From contig OX597818.1 of NCBI GenBank assembly GCA_951406725.2, forward strand, positions 84,816,001-84,880,000: DNA of 64,000 bases, in the 5' to 3' direction. Both the position numbers and the translations under genes were made by a program. This document shows, one piece after another, positions 11,191 to 26,571 of the stretch. The stretch is from Octopus vulgaris (taxonomy: Eukaryota). The notes beneath the pieces are model-generated. The model had not been told where the DNA came from. It saw nothing but the letters and a program-made list of their open reading frames with translations, and made no database searches. Numbering within the stretch: the stretch's first letter is position 1; each line of letters begins with the position of its first letter.

Positions 11191-11756
11191 CGCGCGTGTG
11201 TGTGTAGTTTTGGTGAGGAATTCTTGATACATGCACAATATTTGAAGATTAAGGGAAAATTCTCCCTCCCTACTATTTCTTAGCAAACTCACTTTCTCTC
11301 CGTCTCTTACACCAAAAGTAACTCTAAGTGACAGCACCAACAGTTTTTAGTCAAAATTCCCACGTGTGTGAAAATTATTAATTATATGCGTAAAGATCTT
11401 TGTACAAAAAGATACAATTTGTGGTGGTGGGGAACAAATTCTGTTTTTTTTAATTTTTGTAGGTAATTAATAATTTTAAATTTAACGAAATCTTTCTCCA
11501 AATATTGTTTCTACTCGAAGAACTGTTTCTAAGACCTATTTTTCAATAATATTTGTGTGTGTATTAATTGCTTCAGTCATTAGACTACAACCATGCTAGG
11601 GGCAACGCCTTGAAGGGTTTTAGTCGAACGAAACGTCACCAGTACTTACGCTGGCCCTTAAAGCTTGAAACTTTTATCCATCACTTTTACCGAACCGCTA
11701 TGTCGCAGAGATGTACACAAACCACCACCGATTGTCAAGCAAAAAGGCACTCAGAT

Positions 11757-11794
<38 letters not shown>

Positions 11795-13185
11795 ACGCAC
11801 ACGCAGACGCACACACACACGTGTGTGTGAATGTATACATATCTATATGTGTGTGTATATGTGTATGAGTGTGTGTGTGTACGTTGTTGTTGTTGCTGTC
11901 GTTGTTGTTTTGCGTATGGTGATTATGTGCAGTTTGCATTTAATAAGGAGAGAGAATACTATAAAAGTATCTTTATTCAAAAGATTGTTGATCAACCTCA
12001 GGGATAGATTCGCGAGCATATCGTTGTCTTGTGGTTGTAAGTTCGATCAATCGTACATGCTAAAGCTACGTTCGATAGACAAGCATCTTATCCAGATACA
12101 AATTTTATGCTGTCATCCAACTTCACGCTTCTGATAGAAATCAGAAATAAATATGTGACACCTTTTGTATTAGGGATAAAGTTTAGCTAAAAACACCAAT
12201 ACAATTTTATTTACCCCAGGAGAAATAAAAATTCTTAATCGACCTCCTGCGGATTTGATCTCACAAAATAGTAATACGAAACTAAATACAAGGCATATTT
12301 TACACAGCATTCTTTCTGGCTCATCAATTTCCATTGGCCTAAACTTCTGCTTAATATTGCATGACTATTCATCAATAATATCTCTAGTTCTCTCCCACAG
12401 GATATCCGCCATTGATTGTATAACTTTCTGCTTTCCAATGAGGAAACAAACACATTCTTCTTTATCTTTTCTTTCTTTCTTTCCTTCTCTCTCTTTCTCT
12501 TTGTTTCCATATAATCACACACATACATTCATACAAATGCATGCATGTATTTCACATAAGCACACACACACACGCACACAGATAAGCACATAAACATACC
12601 ATAAACACAGACTCACTTACATGCATATACATTCACGATTAATTTTTTTTTCCTGTGATTTATCTAAATATTGCATCAGATAGCTTTATTGTTTAAAAAT
12701 GATGACATTGTTCGTAGTTGAGGGAGGTTGGGTGAATATGTAGATGCGGATGGGTGTAAGTGTCTAAATGTGTGTGTGTATGTGTGTGGATGTGCGTGTG
12801 TGTGTGTGTGTGTGGAGAGAGAGGGAAAGAGAGAAAGACAGAGAGAGAGAGAGCGCGCTTTAAATGTATGTGCGTGTGATATTTATATATTTTTTGGCTA
12901 TGTGTGTATATTATATATGTGAGTAATTGAATATTTTTGTGAAGGACAGAGAGAGAGAGACAGAGAGAGGACTCTGAGTGTGTCTGTGTGTACGTGTGTG
13001 TGTGCGCGCGAATATGTCTCTGTGAGTGTATGTGTATATCTGTGTGTGTATGCGCGTGATTGTATTTAGTGTGTGTGTATATGTGTGTACGTATGCGTGA
13101 GTATGTACCTAACACTAACTTATTCTGTCTTTTCGAATGAGAGTATATGTTTGAGAATTTGTGAATGCAAATATGTTCTGATTCA

Positions 13186-13220
<35 letters not shown>

Positions 13221-14273
13221 CAGACAGACAAACAGACAGAGACAGAGAGACAGACACAGAGAAAAAGACAGAGAGAGAGACTGAGAGAAGAGAGAGTGTG
13301 CGTGAGTATGTATGAGTAAGCTAATGTGAAACAGTTTGGCTTCATACACACACACACATGTTATGTCTGCTTTCTCAAAGTAGTTTAGTTAATGTGTATA
13401 TGAGATGAGTGGGGGAAGGGGCGTGTGCATTAGAGTAATTTTTTTTGTGTCAACTTAATATGAATGTTTCTTAATGATATTTCTATTAAGGACCCCAGAG
13501 GAAGTGGGGAAACTAGTGCTCATGGTCTTTGTGGACCCTATCAGACGGACGAGATTGATGAGGATTATAATACGTTGGTAATCGTTTAGAAGAGAAACAG
13601 GGTCGGTGAGAGAATTTGACATGGTTGAGCTTCTGGTAAGTGGGACACTATCAGACCTGATTTGAGTGTGCTCCGGAAAATGTAATACATAGCTTACTGA
13701 TTTCCACAAGCAGTGGTCGTTGTAGTAGCATTCGTTCAGAAAGACCAAAACAAAGGACAATTAGCCAATGACTATAGTCATTGCTGTCTTATTCCGAGGA
13801 TATACGGGGCAGTTACCAGAGGGCCGTCACGGGTTTCGTGGCCCAAATCTTATCTATGTATGCTGAGGCTTGCCTTCAAGAAATACTATAGGGTGCACAT
13901 TGATCTCGTTTCCCAGGGGCTTATAATGCTTGTCAAAGGGCTCTAGTTATATTGTGTAGATTTTGTCAATGAGCAGAAATGCTTTCTGTGGAGAATATTG
14001 TGAGCATTGCAGCCACATCTTTCCTAATATATTTCGTCTTATACATGCTTCAGTCATTGAATTGCAGCCATGCTAGGGTACCGCCTTGATCCGTTTAGTC
14101 GAAGAAATTACCTCCAGTACTAATATAGTACTTATTTTTTCTGCTACTCGTTAAATCGGTCTTTTTTGCTGAAGTGCTGGGTTATGGGGATGTAAACAAA
14201 CCACAACCAGTTGTTAAGCAGTGGTGGGGAACAAACACAGACGCACACACACATATATACGTACAAAAGATAC

Positions 14274-14304
<31 letters not shown>

Positions 14305-14315
14305 TACACACACAC

Positions 14316-14760
<445 letters not shown>

Positions 14761-14982
14761 TTTATATATATATAGATATAGATATATATATATATATATA
14801 TATATATATGACCATGGGCTTCCATACAATTTTGGCTCTAGAAATTCACTCACAAGGCATTGGCCACCCCAATGGTATAATAGTAGACACTTACCCGTGG
14901 TACTGCGCCGTGGGATTGAACCCGAAACCAAATAGTTGCAAAGCGAGCTTCTTAACCACACACCCATGCCTGCACCTACGTA

Positions 14983-16227
14983 TTAAGTTGTCCTGAAAGT
15001 TCATGCCGATTTTTAGTTTTCCCTGCTGCAACATAATATGCTTACATTACCGGTTAGCGCACACTTCAAACTATCTCTTGAGAAAGAAAGTTTAAAATTA
15101 CTTAATTCGTGTCGATTTTGCATCATTATGAAAATGGAAGATTATAAGGTGCATTTTAGACATTTGATGCTTTTTCTTTTTATTACAGTAAAAGTAAAAA
15201 TGCCTCGCAAGCGTAAAAAAAGATATGTGCTGTGTATGGTGAAAGTGTTTTAGCTGACAGAACTGTACGGAAGTGATTCGCTAAGGTTGGAGTTGGTGAT
15301 TGTAGCCTTATTGTTGAAGAATGCTTAGGCAGACCTCACGCTTCAGACGACGATCAAATCAAGACATTGGGAATAAACCACATTATAGAACTCGGGATTT
15401 GGTAGAAACACTAAATTTATCAAAATCCACCATCCATAAGCATTTAGTGAAGCATGGGTACTCAGATTGCTATGATGTTTGGGTACCACATGATCTGAGA
15501 GAAAAGAATCTTTTAGATCGTATTTCTATCTGTGATTAGTAGTATAAACGCAATGAAAACTCACTCCGTTTGACATAAATTGTAACGAGTGATGAGAAAT
15601 TGACCGTTTACAACAATGTTCAACGAAAAAGAACCTGCGGTAAGCAACATGAGCCACTTTCAGACACCCCAAAAGCAGGTCTTCATCCTTAGAAAGTCAT
15701 GTCCCGCATCTGGTGGCATGGGAAAGGAATTATGAGCTTCTGCCAAGTAACCAGTCAAATCTGAGAAGTATTGCTCGCAACTGGACGATTTAATGGCAGA
15801 AGTTCAAGAAAAATGCCCAGAATTTGCGAACAGGAAATGTGTTGTTTTCCACTAGGATAATGCCAGACCTCCCGTTGCATTAGTGATCCGTCAAAAATTG
15901 TTGCAGCTTGGCTTGGATGTGTTATCCACTCGCCATATTCACCAGACATTGCTCCTTCGGATTTTCATTCATTCAGGTCCTTTCAAAATAATCTCAATCG
16001 TAAAAAGTTTTAACTCTTTGAGAGACATTAAAAAATCACTTTAATGAGTTCTTTTCCAAGAAACCACTAGAATTCTGGGAAGATGGAATCTTTAAGTTGA
16101 AGGAAAGATGGAGAAAGATTATGCAAAAAATTGGTTCATATTTAGTTGAATAAATATTTAATGGCATAATTTTGTTTTGTCTTTTAATTTCCCTTAAAAA
16201 TCGGCATGAAATTTTCAGACAACCCTA
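14983..16227 (+). mobile_element. Full-length degenerate mariner DNA transposon
   Basis: ~30-bp TIRs (ttaagttgtcctgaaagttcatgccgattttt / aaaaatcggcatgaaattttcagacaacccta) and TA flanks. Transposase remnants: HFRHLMLF, WVPHDL, IVTSDEK, FH*DNARP, PYSPDIAPSDFH; many stops. Confidence 0.93.
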
Positions 16228-16429
16228 TATATTGATTGTGCCTTTGCACTAGATTGTCATATCCCCATTGAAGGACGGTTTCCAGGTAGCTGTTGTTGGA
16301 AGTAGCGAAGGCCTGGCATAAGGCCTTACATGATACTTGTGTGTAGAGACCGTCTCTCTTTATCCTGCTTGCCATCATTTCACATGGGTTTACAGAAACA
16401 TGCTGTATCTTTGTACACCATGGCCAGTG

Positions 16430-16790
16430 TATGTTCAGAGTGGGAGAGCTATTACATATTGTGGGCAGTGTATGTATAGGTGTAAGAGTCATTATACGCT
16501 GGGAGCAGTGTGTGTATGTGCGTAAGTGACATTATACACTGTAGGCAGTACATATGTACATGTGTGAGTCTAATTGTACACTGTGGGCAGTGTATGTATG
16601 TGTGTGTATTGTACAGTGTGCAGTGTATGAGTGTGCATAAGTATCAGTATACACTATGGGTATTGCAAGCCAGTGTGCAGGTGCTATTATACATAATGGG
16701 CTGTGTATGTATTTGTGTGAGTGTTATTGTACACTTTGGGCAGTGTACGTATGTGTGTGAGTGACACTGTACACTGTACGAGCATCATCA
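16430..16790. repeat. Degenerate ~40-bp minisatellite
   Basis: Recurring unit ~gtgtgtgagtgtcattatacactgtgggcagtgtat, about 8-9 copies. Confidence 0.7.
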
Positions 16791-17507
16791 CTCAATGGAT
16801 GATGTGCCTGAGTGAGAGAGTGACAGTATGTGTGTTTGCGTGTCTTCTCTGTGTATGTGCATTTAACTGGCCACTCCGCTATTTGTTGTGTGTGTAATGA
16901 ATGTGTATATGCTTGTATGTGTGTATGTGTCTATGCTTTTGTGTGTGTATGTGTGTATGACAGCCTGTTCATGTGTGTCTATCGCAATGTCTTTCAGAGT
17001 ATCAGAGTCCAGATTAGTTGCAGTTTAAGAGACAATGAGAAAGGAGGGGAAAACATGTCTAATCGATCAGTGTTAACTATGCATCGATGAGTGAATATTT
17101 ATCAAACAACTAATTGTCTTTCTTTGTGGTTTTCGATATTTGTAAGTGTATATGCGCATGTAACGGCAATTCCATTATACCGATGTAAGCGGTGTCAGCA
17201 AATGAACAAAACGGATGTATTTTCTGTCGCTGAAGAGAAAATGTAATCTTTCACACGCTATCTTAGAAATGTATGTTTGTGAGACAACCACGAGGCATCA
17301 TGTATGATTAAACCTTCCTATCAACTTTGAGAAGTTTAATTGTGTGTTGTTCAAGTGAAGTGAGTGTTTGTTTGGAAGAAAATCCTTTCCTTAACCTTTC
17401 AATATTTAAACCGACCATATGCGGCTCAAATATCCAACTTGTCTTATGTTCAAACTCACCAGATCTATCTTCTCACACTTACCCTACAATGCCATTGTAA
17501 TAATATA

Positions 17508-18036
17508 CAGAGTGTCCCTAAAAACTTGATATCATTTCGTAGTCTAATAACGTAACTAATTCTCGCTCAAACGATCTCGAATTTTAACAAAATGTGTAAA
17601 AACTAAGTTTGGATCGGGCATGCCAGTGATAATGACAATGAAACGGCCACCACATTCACCTAACTTGACAACTTACGATTTTCTCAATGGGGCTATGTGA
17701 AAGCACTAGTCTATATCCACCCACCTCCTTCTGCAAGCCTAGAGAAACTCAAGCAGAGAATCATCGATGTGTTGGAAAATGTTATGCAAGACATGCTACA
17801 GCTTGCTTGGCAGGAGCTGGTCGTGTCACAAACGGTGCGCATATTGAACATTTGTGAAAGCTTTGTGAAGTCGGTTATAATATCTACATCCCTCTGAATC
17901 TCTTGTTTGAATTTTGATAAATAAAATTTTTTATTGCTCAATATGAAGCCGATTTGGTTTCCTTTGCCTCGGACATTTAGTTACTCAGATATTCACATTT
18001 CAAATGATGTCAGTTTTTTTCTTTCGGGACACCCTA
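17508..18036 (+). mobile_element. Internally deleted Tc1/mariner-superfamily element
   Basis: TA|cagagtgtccc ... gggacacccta|TA ends; internal RPPHSPNLTTYDF..WGYVKALVY (WPPRSPDLTP-type motif). Confidence 0.7.
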
Positions 18037-18667
18037 TACAATTACGTCATCGAAATTTCAAGGCTACATGATAATGATTAATTTAATAGAATGTGAATAA
18101 ATAAGCATTACATTTGACAGAGTAACCTGAACGCTAAATGCTTATTCCGTTAAATGCGGAAATCGGATATATCAGCTCAAAATGTTATCGTTGTTAATAG
18201 CGAAATGCAGTTTTGCCCCACGGCTATGAAAAAGAACCTCTCTTCTTACTATGCGAAGCGGAGCACTCCCAGTCAAATTCTACAAAAGACAATATTAAGA
18301 TTTTATGAGCATTTTCACATATTTCATCAAATATCTTTTTACAGAACAAGAATCAATTACTTTTAAAGGTGGATATGAAAACTGTACCTATATGAGATAC
18401 AGAGAAAGTAAGGCAGGAGCAGAAAATATTAATTCTTTTATCTTTTACTTGTTTCAGTCATTATACTGCGGCCATGCTGGTGCATCGCCTTCAAGAATTT
18501 TAGTCGAATGAATCAGCTCCAGTACTTATTTGTTTTAACCTAGTACTTATGGTACCCCTACCCACTAAGAAACGAGGACGAAAACAAACCAACACCGGTT
18601 GGCAAGCGGTAGTGTGGGCGGGGGGGACACAGACACGAAGACACACATTCATAGTTTTATATATATA

Positions 18668-19173
18668 TTTATAATTATAGTTACCGATGAGGCACCACCA
18701 TGCCAGAAATAGCAGTCAAAACTGACTCTAGAACCACATCATGTATTCATATAACACGGACAAATGAATTAGTCTGTTATATACATACATATATATATGT
18801 ATATAAACGTACTTATATGTAAGTATTCATATGTTGTATACATATATATTTGTAATTATCTACTAATTTTGGTATATTTCCATTGATGAAAATAAGGTGT
18901 TTTATTACTAAGCCTGAAATCGTCGATCTGGAGTTACCCATTCATTTTTTGCTAATTTCTTTGTTCATTTATCTGTTCACCTGTGCTATATGAATACATG
19001 ATGTGGTTTTAGAGTCGGTTTTGACTGCTATTTCTGGCATGGTGGTGCCTCTTCGGTACCCTTAATTATAATTATATTTATATTATTATATATCTATAAT
19101 ACTTACTACCTATACAGTTTTTTTTCCATGCAGGCCACTTGATATGATCGGTATTCTAAATAATTGTCTTATC

Positions 19174-19178
<5 letters not shown>
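18668..19178 (+). mobile_element. Fold-back PLE-type non-coding element with decayed hammerhead (18879-18932)
   Basis: Inverted arms ~18670-18765 / ~18975-19072. tcca TTGATGA ... GAAA tcgtcga TC tgga, with stem II decayed. TA flanks. Confidence 0.65.
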
Positions 19179-19236
<58 letters not shown>

Positions 19237-19421
19237 GTTAAAATTTACAAAATCACAAAAAATGTGTAAACAACAAACAGGTGTATTAGTTTAGGGTGTA
19301 TTAGTTCTCGGGAAGATGAGAAAGTCTTTTAAGTTTCGAGCCTTCGCTCTTCAACAGAAAGGAACACGAGAAAATAAACAGAGAGAGAATTAAAAAAAGC
19401 TTTAGTGGCTAGTGGTCAATC
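19237..19421 (-). mobile_element. Short PLE-derived element with decayed minimal hammerhead (~19326-19361)
   Basis: Minus strand: cttt CTGTTGA a gagc gaag gctc GAAA ct TA aaag; same architecture as the 23281 and 49448 elements; follows (TA)n. Confidence 0.55.
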
Positions 19422-19425
19422 ATTT

Positions 19426-19650
19426 AATAGTATTTTATAAGCTTAAAGCGTATAAGCGATCACCGCGCAATGATTAAAGAAAATAGTCTAATAAGGGGCA
19501 TATAAGGTCTCGACGGAAAAAAGGTTTTCCTGCGCGTACGAGAAAACTTACTCTTTCCGTCGAGGTTTTATAAGTCCCATTATTAGACTATTTTCTTTAG
19601 TCCTTGCGCGGTGATCGCTTATAAACTTTAAGCTTATAAAATACAATTAT
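19426..19650. mobile_element. Fold-back / MITE-like palindromic element
   Basis: ~105-bp imperfect inverted arms (ttttataagcttaaag..aagcgatcaccgcgcaa / ttgcgcggtgatcgctt..ctttaagcttataaaa) around a short loop. Confidence 0.75.
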
Positions 19651-21852
19651 TATTATTATTTACACAATTGTAAAAATCGACGTTGCTTAATACAAAAAAA
19701 CATGGTTTGTGTGTGTGTGTGTGTGTGTGTGTCTGTGTCTCTGTGTGTGTATGTGCGTGTATGCGTATGTGTATGTATACATATATATATATATATATAT
19801 ATGTATGTATATACACACACTCTCCTGTATATATATGCATATATATGTGTGTGTGTGTGTGTCTGTATGTGTGTGTATGTGTCTCTGTGTGTATGTATAT
19901 ATGATATATATATACATATATACATAAACACACACACATACACAAACATATATACGACAGGCTTCTTTCAGTTTCCGTGTGCGAAGTTCACTCACAAAGC
20001 TTTGGTCGATCCGGGGTTATAACAGAACGCACTTGTCCAAGGTACACCGCAGTGGGACTGAACCTGGAACCGTGTTGTTAACACACAGCCGCCCCTGAGC
20101 CTTTTAATCTTTTTTTTAAGTGGATAATTAGCTTCGTTACGGGACGGCCGTCAAATTTATTTACAGAGTTAATAAGTATAACGATTCTACCTTGATGTCT
20201 GCATCGAACGATGTGTTTTCGAGTTTTCTTGATGCAAAATTGGAGTGAAAAGTCTAAGTTTCGAGCGAATGACGTCTGTTTTATGCCGAGGAATGGTTGA
20301 TGAGGTAAAATGTTGGAAAGCAGTCTGCCAGTATATACTGTAAGTGTGTTTGACAGGAAACTTCCGTTCCAACAAATGAGAGATTAATGGAGGCAATAGG
20401 TGGGTTAATTAGCGAGAAATTTCTCATGCCAGACATGATCAAGAGCTTTCTTGGTGTCTATACATTACTTTATTCAATGTTATAACGAGAGAGAGAGAGA
20501 GCACAAGAGAGAAAGAGTGTAGGGGGAGCGTGTTGTTGTTTAGCCCCAGGTCAATCATGATCAGGCAGGTCAATGTTTTGAGAAGTCGGATCCGCTTATC
20601 CAGCATGTCATTTCCTAAGATGGTAGGGTGAGAAGCCGCCTCACTCGTTACTTAGGGTTGTATGTTTCCTACTGATCTGGTCCTACTAAAAACTGTTCTG
20701 CTGGTCACTAAAGAAAACGTAATTCTCTTTCATTATTTCATTACTAATGGCCATCCAACATCTTGTAAACTAACATGAGACAAAAAGAAATAAAACCACA
20801 ATGCCACGGTTCGAATGCTTTTAAATCTCACCTGAGACTAAACAATAACGACCCCAAATCTTGCCTAATTGTCCTTAGCTAAACACAATCTGTTACCTCT
20901 TTGAAATATCTCTGGTTATGTATATCACATAGCAATGATGCATTTCCCAACTACGATCTTGAAACAACACCCTTTCATCAATCATATATTTATATTTAAC
21001 GATCTTTGGACTGGCTTTAAACCTTAGTTCAGACCTATCATATTTATCTTTCTTTCAGAATCGAACCAAATATCCATTGCGTCTATAGTTTACTAGAAGA
21101 AAATACGCAACCCTTATGTAATCGCTAGATGTTTTAATTTCAAACATACTCGAGAGGAAACTAGATATGCATGGCTAATTAAGCTAATGAAAGCAGATAA
21201 TGCAACAAAAAAATTTGGCTTAACAAAAGGGATGTTTAGGAATGGAAAAGAACTGTGGAAAATCTTCGTTCAATGTTCCAGTCGTTTTCTAAAGGAGAGT
21301 AAAATACCCTCGCTGTAGAAAGACTTGAACAGTATCTTGCTTCATAAGAGGATTGATAAAGAAGAGTAAAGAAACTATCACCAAATATGCCTTTAGTCCC
21401 ACCTCTTCAAGCTGTTTAAAAAGGGCCATAGTAACCAGACTGTTGAAACATCCTGATGACCAATTGCCGAGAAGCTAGCAGGTTTCAAAATTATGTCAGG
21501 AACTACAGTATGATGGGTCATTTATTAACCCTAACACAGCTTATAGAAGGATCGAAAGAATACACGAAAATCTAATTTGCTGGCGTCGAGATGAACGTAG
21601 AGCCGAAATGTCTAGAAAAACAAGGAATCAAGATGCGTTAAACCAAACTGCTAAGATATACTTCTGCGATCACCATCCGTAAAGTCATAACAGCAGTATG
21701 CATTGAGAAATGTATAAATGGACTGATAGATTACTGGGTGATGTCTTAAAGAAATCACTATATTGTTAGTGATACAGCATGCTATTGCAGCTACATGACA
21801 TGTGTTTGCGACTAGGTGACATGTGATGACGATTCACTCTCGATTCACGTAT

Positions 21853-21913
21853 TTATCGCTGAGGAGGAGAAAATTCTTATGAATTAACTCTGAAATTGGG
21901 ACCAATACGGTAA
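21853..21913 (+). ncRNA. Type I hammerhead motif in a PLE-type 3' end (element ~21840-22060)
   Basis: ttatcg CTGAGGA ggag...ctct GAAA ttgg ga ccaa TA cggtaa. Complete core and three stems. Confidence 0.8.
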
Positions 21914-22688
21914 TAACGGAATTTCTTAGAAATTTCTATCGGCTTGTTTCGAGACGCATGTTAATAGTGATAAATTATAATGGTTATTGACAATTTGTCT
22001 ATTTTCGGCATACTTGGCATTAGAATTTTGTTCTTTTGTCTTTATTTTATAAGTTATATAGTCTCATCTTCATCAAGAGTCTCATCTCATCAAGAGTCTC
22101 ATCTTCATCAGCAAGTATTACAGGTTGAAAACTATTTCAACCTACCACGTTGAAAGCTGCCGGCGTTCTGAATTGTTTTGTGACAAAATCATATACATAC
22201 ACACGCGCGCGTGCACGCGCACATGTGTGTGTGTGTGTGTGAGTGCGTGTGTGTGTATGTATGTGTTCGACGGGCTTCCTCAGTTTCAGTCGGTTCGGAA
22301 AATGAATAAAAGGCACGTGCCCACGGCGTCACGCAGTGGGAATGAATCCGGAATCACGTGGTTGTGAAGCAAACTTCTATCCACTCAGCCACCACGACTG
22401 CGCCTGCGCCTATACACATTCATAAAGAATCGATAGATTGTTTACTCTTGCTTTAAATTTAAAACAAATTTATAAGACCAAAATAGCATTTGATAAACAA
22501 AAAAAAACTTTTAATAAAAATTATGAAGTCTTGACGTCTAATTCCTGTCTCTTCTCCCTTGACATTTAATAAAATTGTTTATCTCATTCTTATTCGTGTG
22601 AGTGGGTAGTACACAGTTGTTTGTGCATGAATATGTGTCTATATGGAGTGACTCTACACTCTTTTATATGCGGATTGGTATGCAGTGG

Positions 22689-22719
<31 letters not shown>

Positions 22720-23280
22720 TGTTTATGAAAACACATATATGTATATATGCATGTTATGTTATGTATATAAATATGTGTAATGGAAATAAATATATCACGT
22801 GTTGTCTGTAAACATTTATGTGTATGTGCGCCTAGACGAATGTATGTGTGTGAAGGAGAGAGATATATGTGTGTTTATGACGACTCTTTATGTTTTGGTA
22901 TTGGCAAGAGTGAATTATTTTTCTTTTACTTAATTATGTCCTATGTGTGCACCTACACGCGTGTATATATTTGTGTATGTGTACATACACACAAACACAC
23001 ACACACACATATATAGGCATGTCGGTGTGTGGTAAGAGGCTAGCTTCCTAACCTCATGGTTCCGGGTTCAGTCCCATTGAATGGCATCTTGGGCAAATGT
23101 CTTCTACTATAGCCTCGGGCCGACCAAAGACTTGTGAGTCGATTTGGTAGACGGAAACTGAAAGAAGCCAGTCGTATATATGTGTGTGTGTGTGTGTGTG
23201 TATGCGTAAGTGTGTGTGTATACACGCACATATATATATACATCTATCTATCTTTCTGCATATATATGTATATATATATA

Positions 23281-23491
23281 GTTAATCTAAACAGGAAAAG
23301 CACAAAGAGAAAACACAACAACGCGAGGATGTGGAACAAGTGTAGTGTTATTGGACGCTCAGGAAAGAAAAGAAAGAAGGACGATTTAACGTTTCGAGCG
23401 AAGCTCTTCATCAGAAACATAGGAAAAGGAAAGATCCAAGGAAGGGAAAACGGAGGAAAATAAAATCGCCAACGATACACACGCGGTCACA
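23281..23491 (-). mobile_element. ~210-bp PLE-derived element in (TA)n with minimal hammerhead (23385-23417)
   Basis: Minus strand: ttt CTGATGA a gagc ttc gctc GAAA cg TT aaa; homolog at 49448-49657. Confidence 0.8.
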
Positions 23492-23785
23492 TATATATAC
23501 ATGCATATATATAAATATATGTATACACATATATATATGTATACATATATATGTATATGTAAATATATATGTATGTATATACATATACCTAGACACACTC
23601 TTACATATATATACTCATATATATATAGAGAGAGAGACACACACACTCATGCGTCTGTGCGTGTGTGTGTGTGTGAATTTCCAAGTATATATGCATCTGT
23701 ACATATATGATTGTGTATATATACCGAATGGAATCAACGTATAAATATTTACATTTACAAGCGTGTGCAGGTATTTGTAGAATTT

Positions 23786-23835
<50 letters not shown>

Positions 23836-24552
23836 AGTATGTGTGTGTGTGTACATATATACGTACATACCCACATATATACAAACATCCATACATACGT
23901 ACAGATCTATAGTTTGACATCATATACTCCCACCTGGTCTTAGTGCGTTTGCTGTAGCATTGACTAATTGGCAATCAGATGGCGTGGTGCTAATTAAGGA
24001 GAGTGAATCTTGCCTAAATACTTACAGGAAACCTGCACCACAGAGCATACAGCACCTGCACCCCACTGCCAAACGGCTCGTCCTCTTTCGATGTCGAGCT
24101 ATTTATCACTCTATCTATCTTATGCTATATATCCACCTGTCTGTAGAAACTATCCATCTACCATCTGTCTCTATCTGACTGTCTCATTCTATCTGTATAA
24201 TTATCTACATTTCTATTTATTTATCCACCATTCCATCTAACAACCAACTTATCAATCTATCTATCAATCAGCTCTGCGCACTCTATCTATATTTCTAAGT
24301 ACCTCTGTTAATCTATCTCTCTACTGATCGGTCTATATTTATATGTCTCACTAATTATCTGTATATCTCCTTACCTGTCTTGCTATGTAAATATTTATGT
24401 ATGTATCTATCTATCTAACTAGCTATGAAACTATATAACTATTTATCTATTTATCTATTTTTATATATCCATCTGCCAATCTGTATATCTTTTTTTTTTC
24501 CTAACTATCTATTCAACTATATGTCTTTCTATGTGTCTATGCATCTATTTTT

Positions 24553-24668
<116 letters not shown>

Positions 24669-24920
24669 AACACACAAGCATGTACCCAAGTATACTCAAA
24701 AGCACTGACAAGCAGAAATAAACACTCATCACATGCATTCATTCCAAACAAATCTTTTCACAATCTTTTACACGAAACACTTTCGCATACACATAGACAC
24801 ACATATCGGCGCGCGCACACATGCAAATATGTATACAATTAGTCACGAATAGCAGCAACAAATAGTTCACAATCCATGGTTTTCAAATTTTTTAGTGCAT
24901 CTATCTATCTATCCCTCTTC

Positions 24921-24955
<35 letters not shown>

Positions 24956-25025
24956 TCTGTTACACACACACTCACACTACCACTCTCATCATATCAGTCA
25001 TAAAGAATGTATATATAAATGTATG

Positions 25026-25085
<60 letters not shown>

Positions 25086-25868
25086 CACGTGTGTGTGTGT
25101 GTGTCTGTGTGTGGAGGCGCATAATTTATTGGTTAGAGTGCTGCACTTACGTGTGTAAGATTATGGTTTCGATACCTGGACGAGGTGTGTCGTGTTCTTG
25201 AGCAAAAACACTTCATTTCACGTTGCATCATTTCAACTCTTCTGGCGAAAAGGTGTATTCGGACGACGGACCGACTTCACTTGCAATATATATTCAAGTA
25301 TAAATCAACGCTAAAACTGTATTAAACTATATCTATCTCCTTTACTTGCGTGTGTTTTACGCATATGATACGACAAATTATATTGTTCGTCTATACAGTC
25401 ATATATCACGTCTTTGCCTATGACAAATGAATAGATATGTAAAGCATTTTCTAACAGAATCTGGCAACTAAAGGATTAACTATATTTTCATGTTTATATA
25501 AATATTTTGCTAATGAATTATCAAGCGGCTGGCGTCATCAATCGTTTGAATAATCGGTTATGCAAAACTTAGACTAGGGCGTCAAGAAGATTTAACTACA
25601 AAGAAAATACTTAGATTCGAATTTTTTGGCAGATAGATAGATAGATACATACATAGACAAATACATTCATACATATATTCATACATAGATTCATACATAC
25701 ATACATACATACATACATACATACATACATACATACATACATACATACATACATACATACAAACATAAAAGCACTCGCTTCCGTCTGCACGCTGACATAC
25801 ATATAAACTTTCATCCATATAGTATGTGCACTTGAATGAATATGCGTATGGGTGCTTGGTATATATTC

Positions 25869-25907
<39 letters not shown>

Positions 25908-26293
25908 GTGTGGTGGGGTGCCTGCGCGTTGTGTGTGTTGGTGTGTATGCGATTCTTTTAAATGTGCATTTCTTTCTACAATTAAACGCATATCTACACT
26001 AAAAAAAAACGTAATTTCTATAGATATATTTCCATGATAAAGTAACCAATGCAGATGCATGCATTCATGAAAGTATGACTGCATTAATATAGGTAAATAG
26101 ATAGGTGTGTATGCATGCGCGTGACTTAATCCATGTGAGAATTTTATATATCACGCATCTACATCTATATAAAATTATTGCTCAGTGTCACTGAGTGCAC
26201 TTTTGCACGTATATAGTATTCTCATATGTATATCTAGACATGTATGTATCTATGTAAATACATATGTGTGTGTGTGTGAGTAAGTACATACAT

Positions 26294-26325
<32 letters not shown>

Positions 26326-26519
26326 CCTATCACCTATGCCACTAGCTGACATATACAGGTGCTTACATTTATCAAGTATTCACCCTGAATTTATATATAT
26401 ATACATATATATATATATGACCATACATATATGTACTTGTATGTGTATGTGTACATTTAATATCATCTGGGTTATAACGTTATAATGTGCATTCAAAGTT
26501 CCTCTCTAGATATCAACAA

Positions 26520-26571
<52 letters not shown>

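Noticed and set aside
13450-14040. Possible decayed PLE GIY-YIG region (also 20660-21840 and the LINE-like 10110-10800)
   Set aside because: Only faint motif echoes; cannot be supported without a profile search.
18695-18725. gc(c/t)agaaatagcag as an HDV-like ribozyme P4/J4-2 on the opposite strand, or as a Cas9 sgRNA-scaffold match
   Set aside because: I could not build P1/P2/P3 pairings, the hairpin is lost in the 27005 and 51422 copies, and the sgRNA similarity is a short coincidence.
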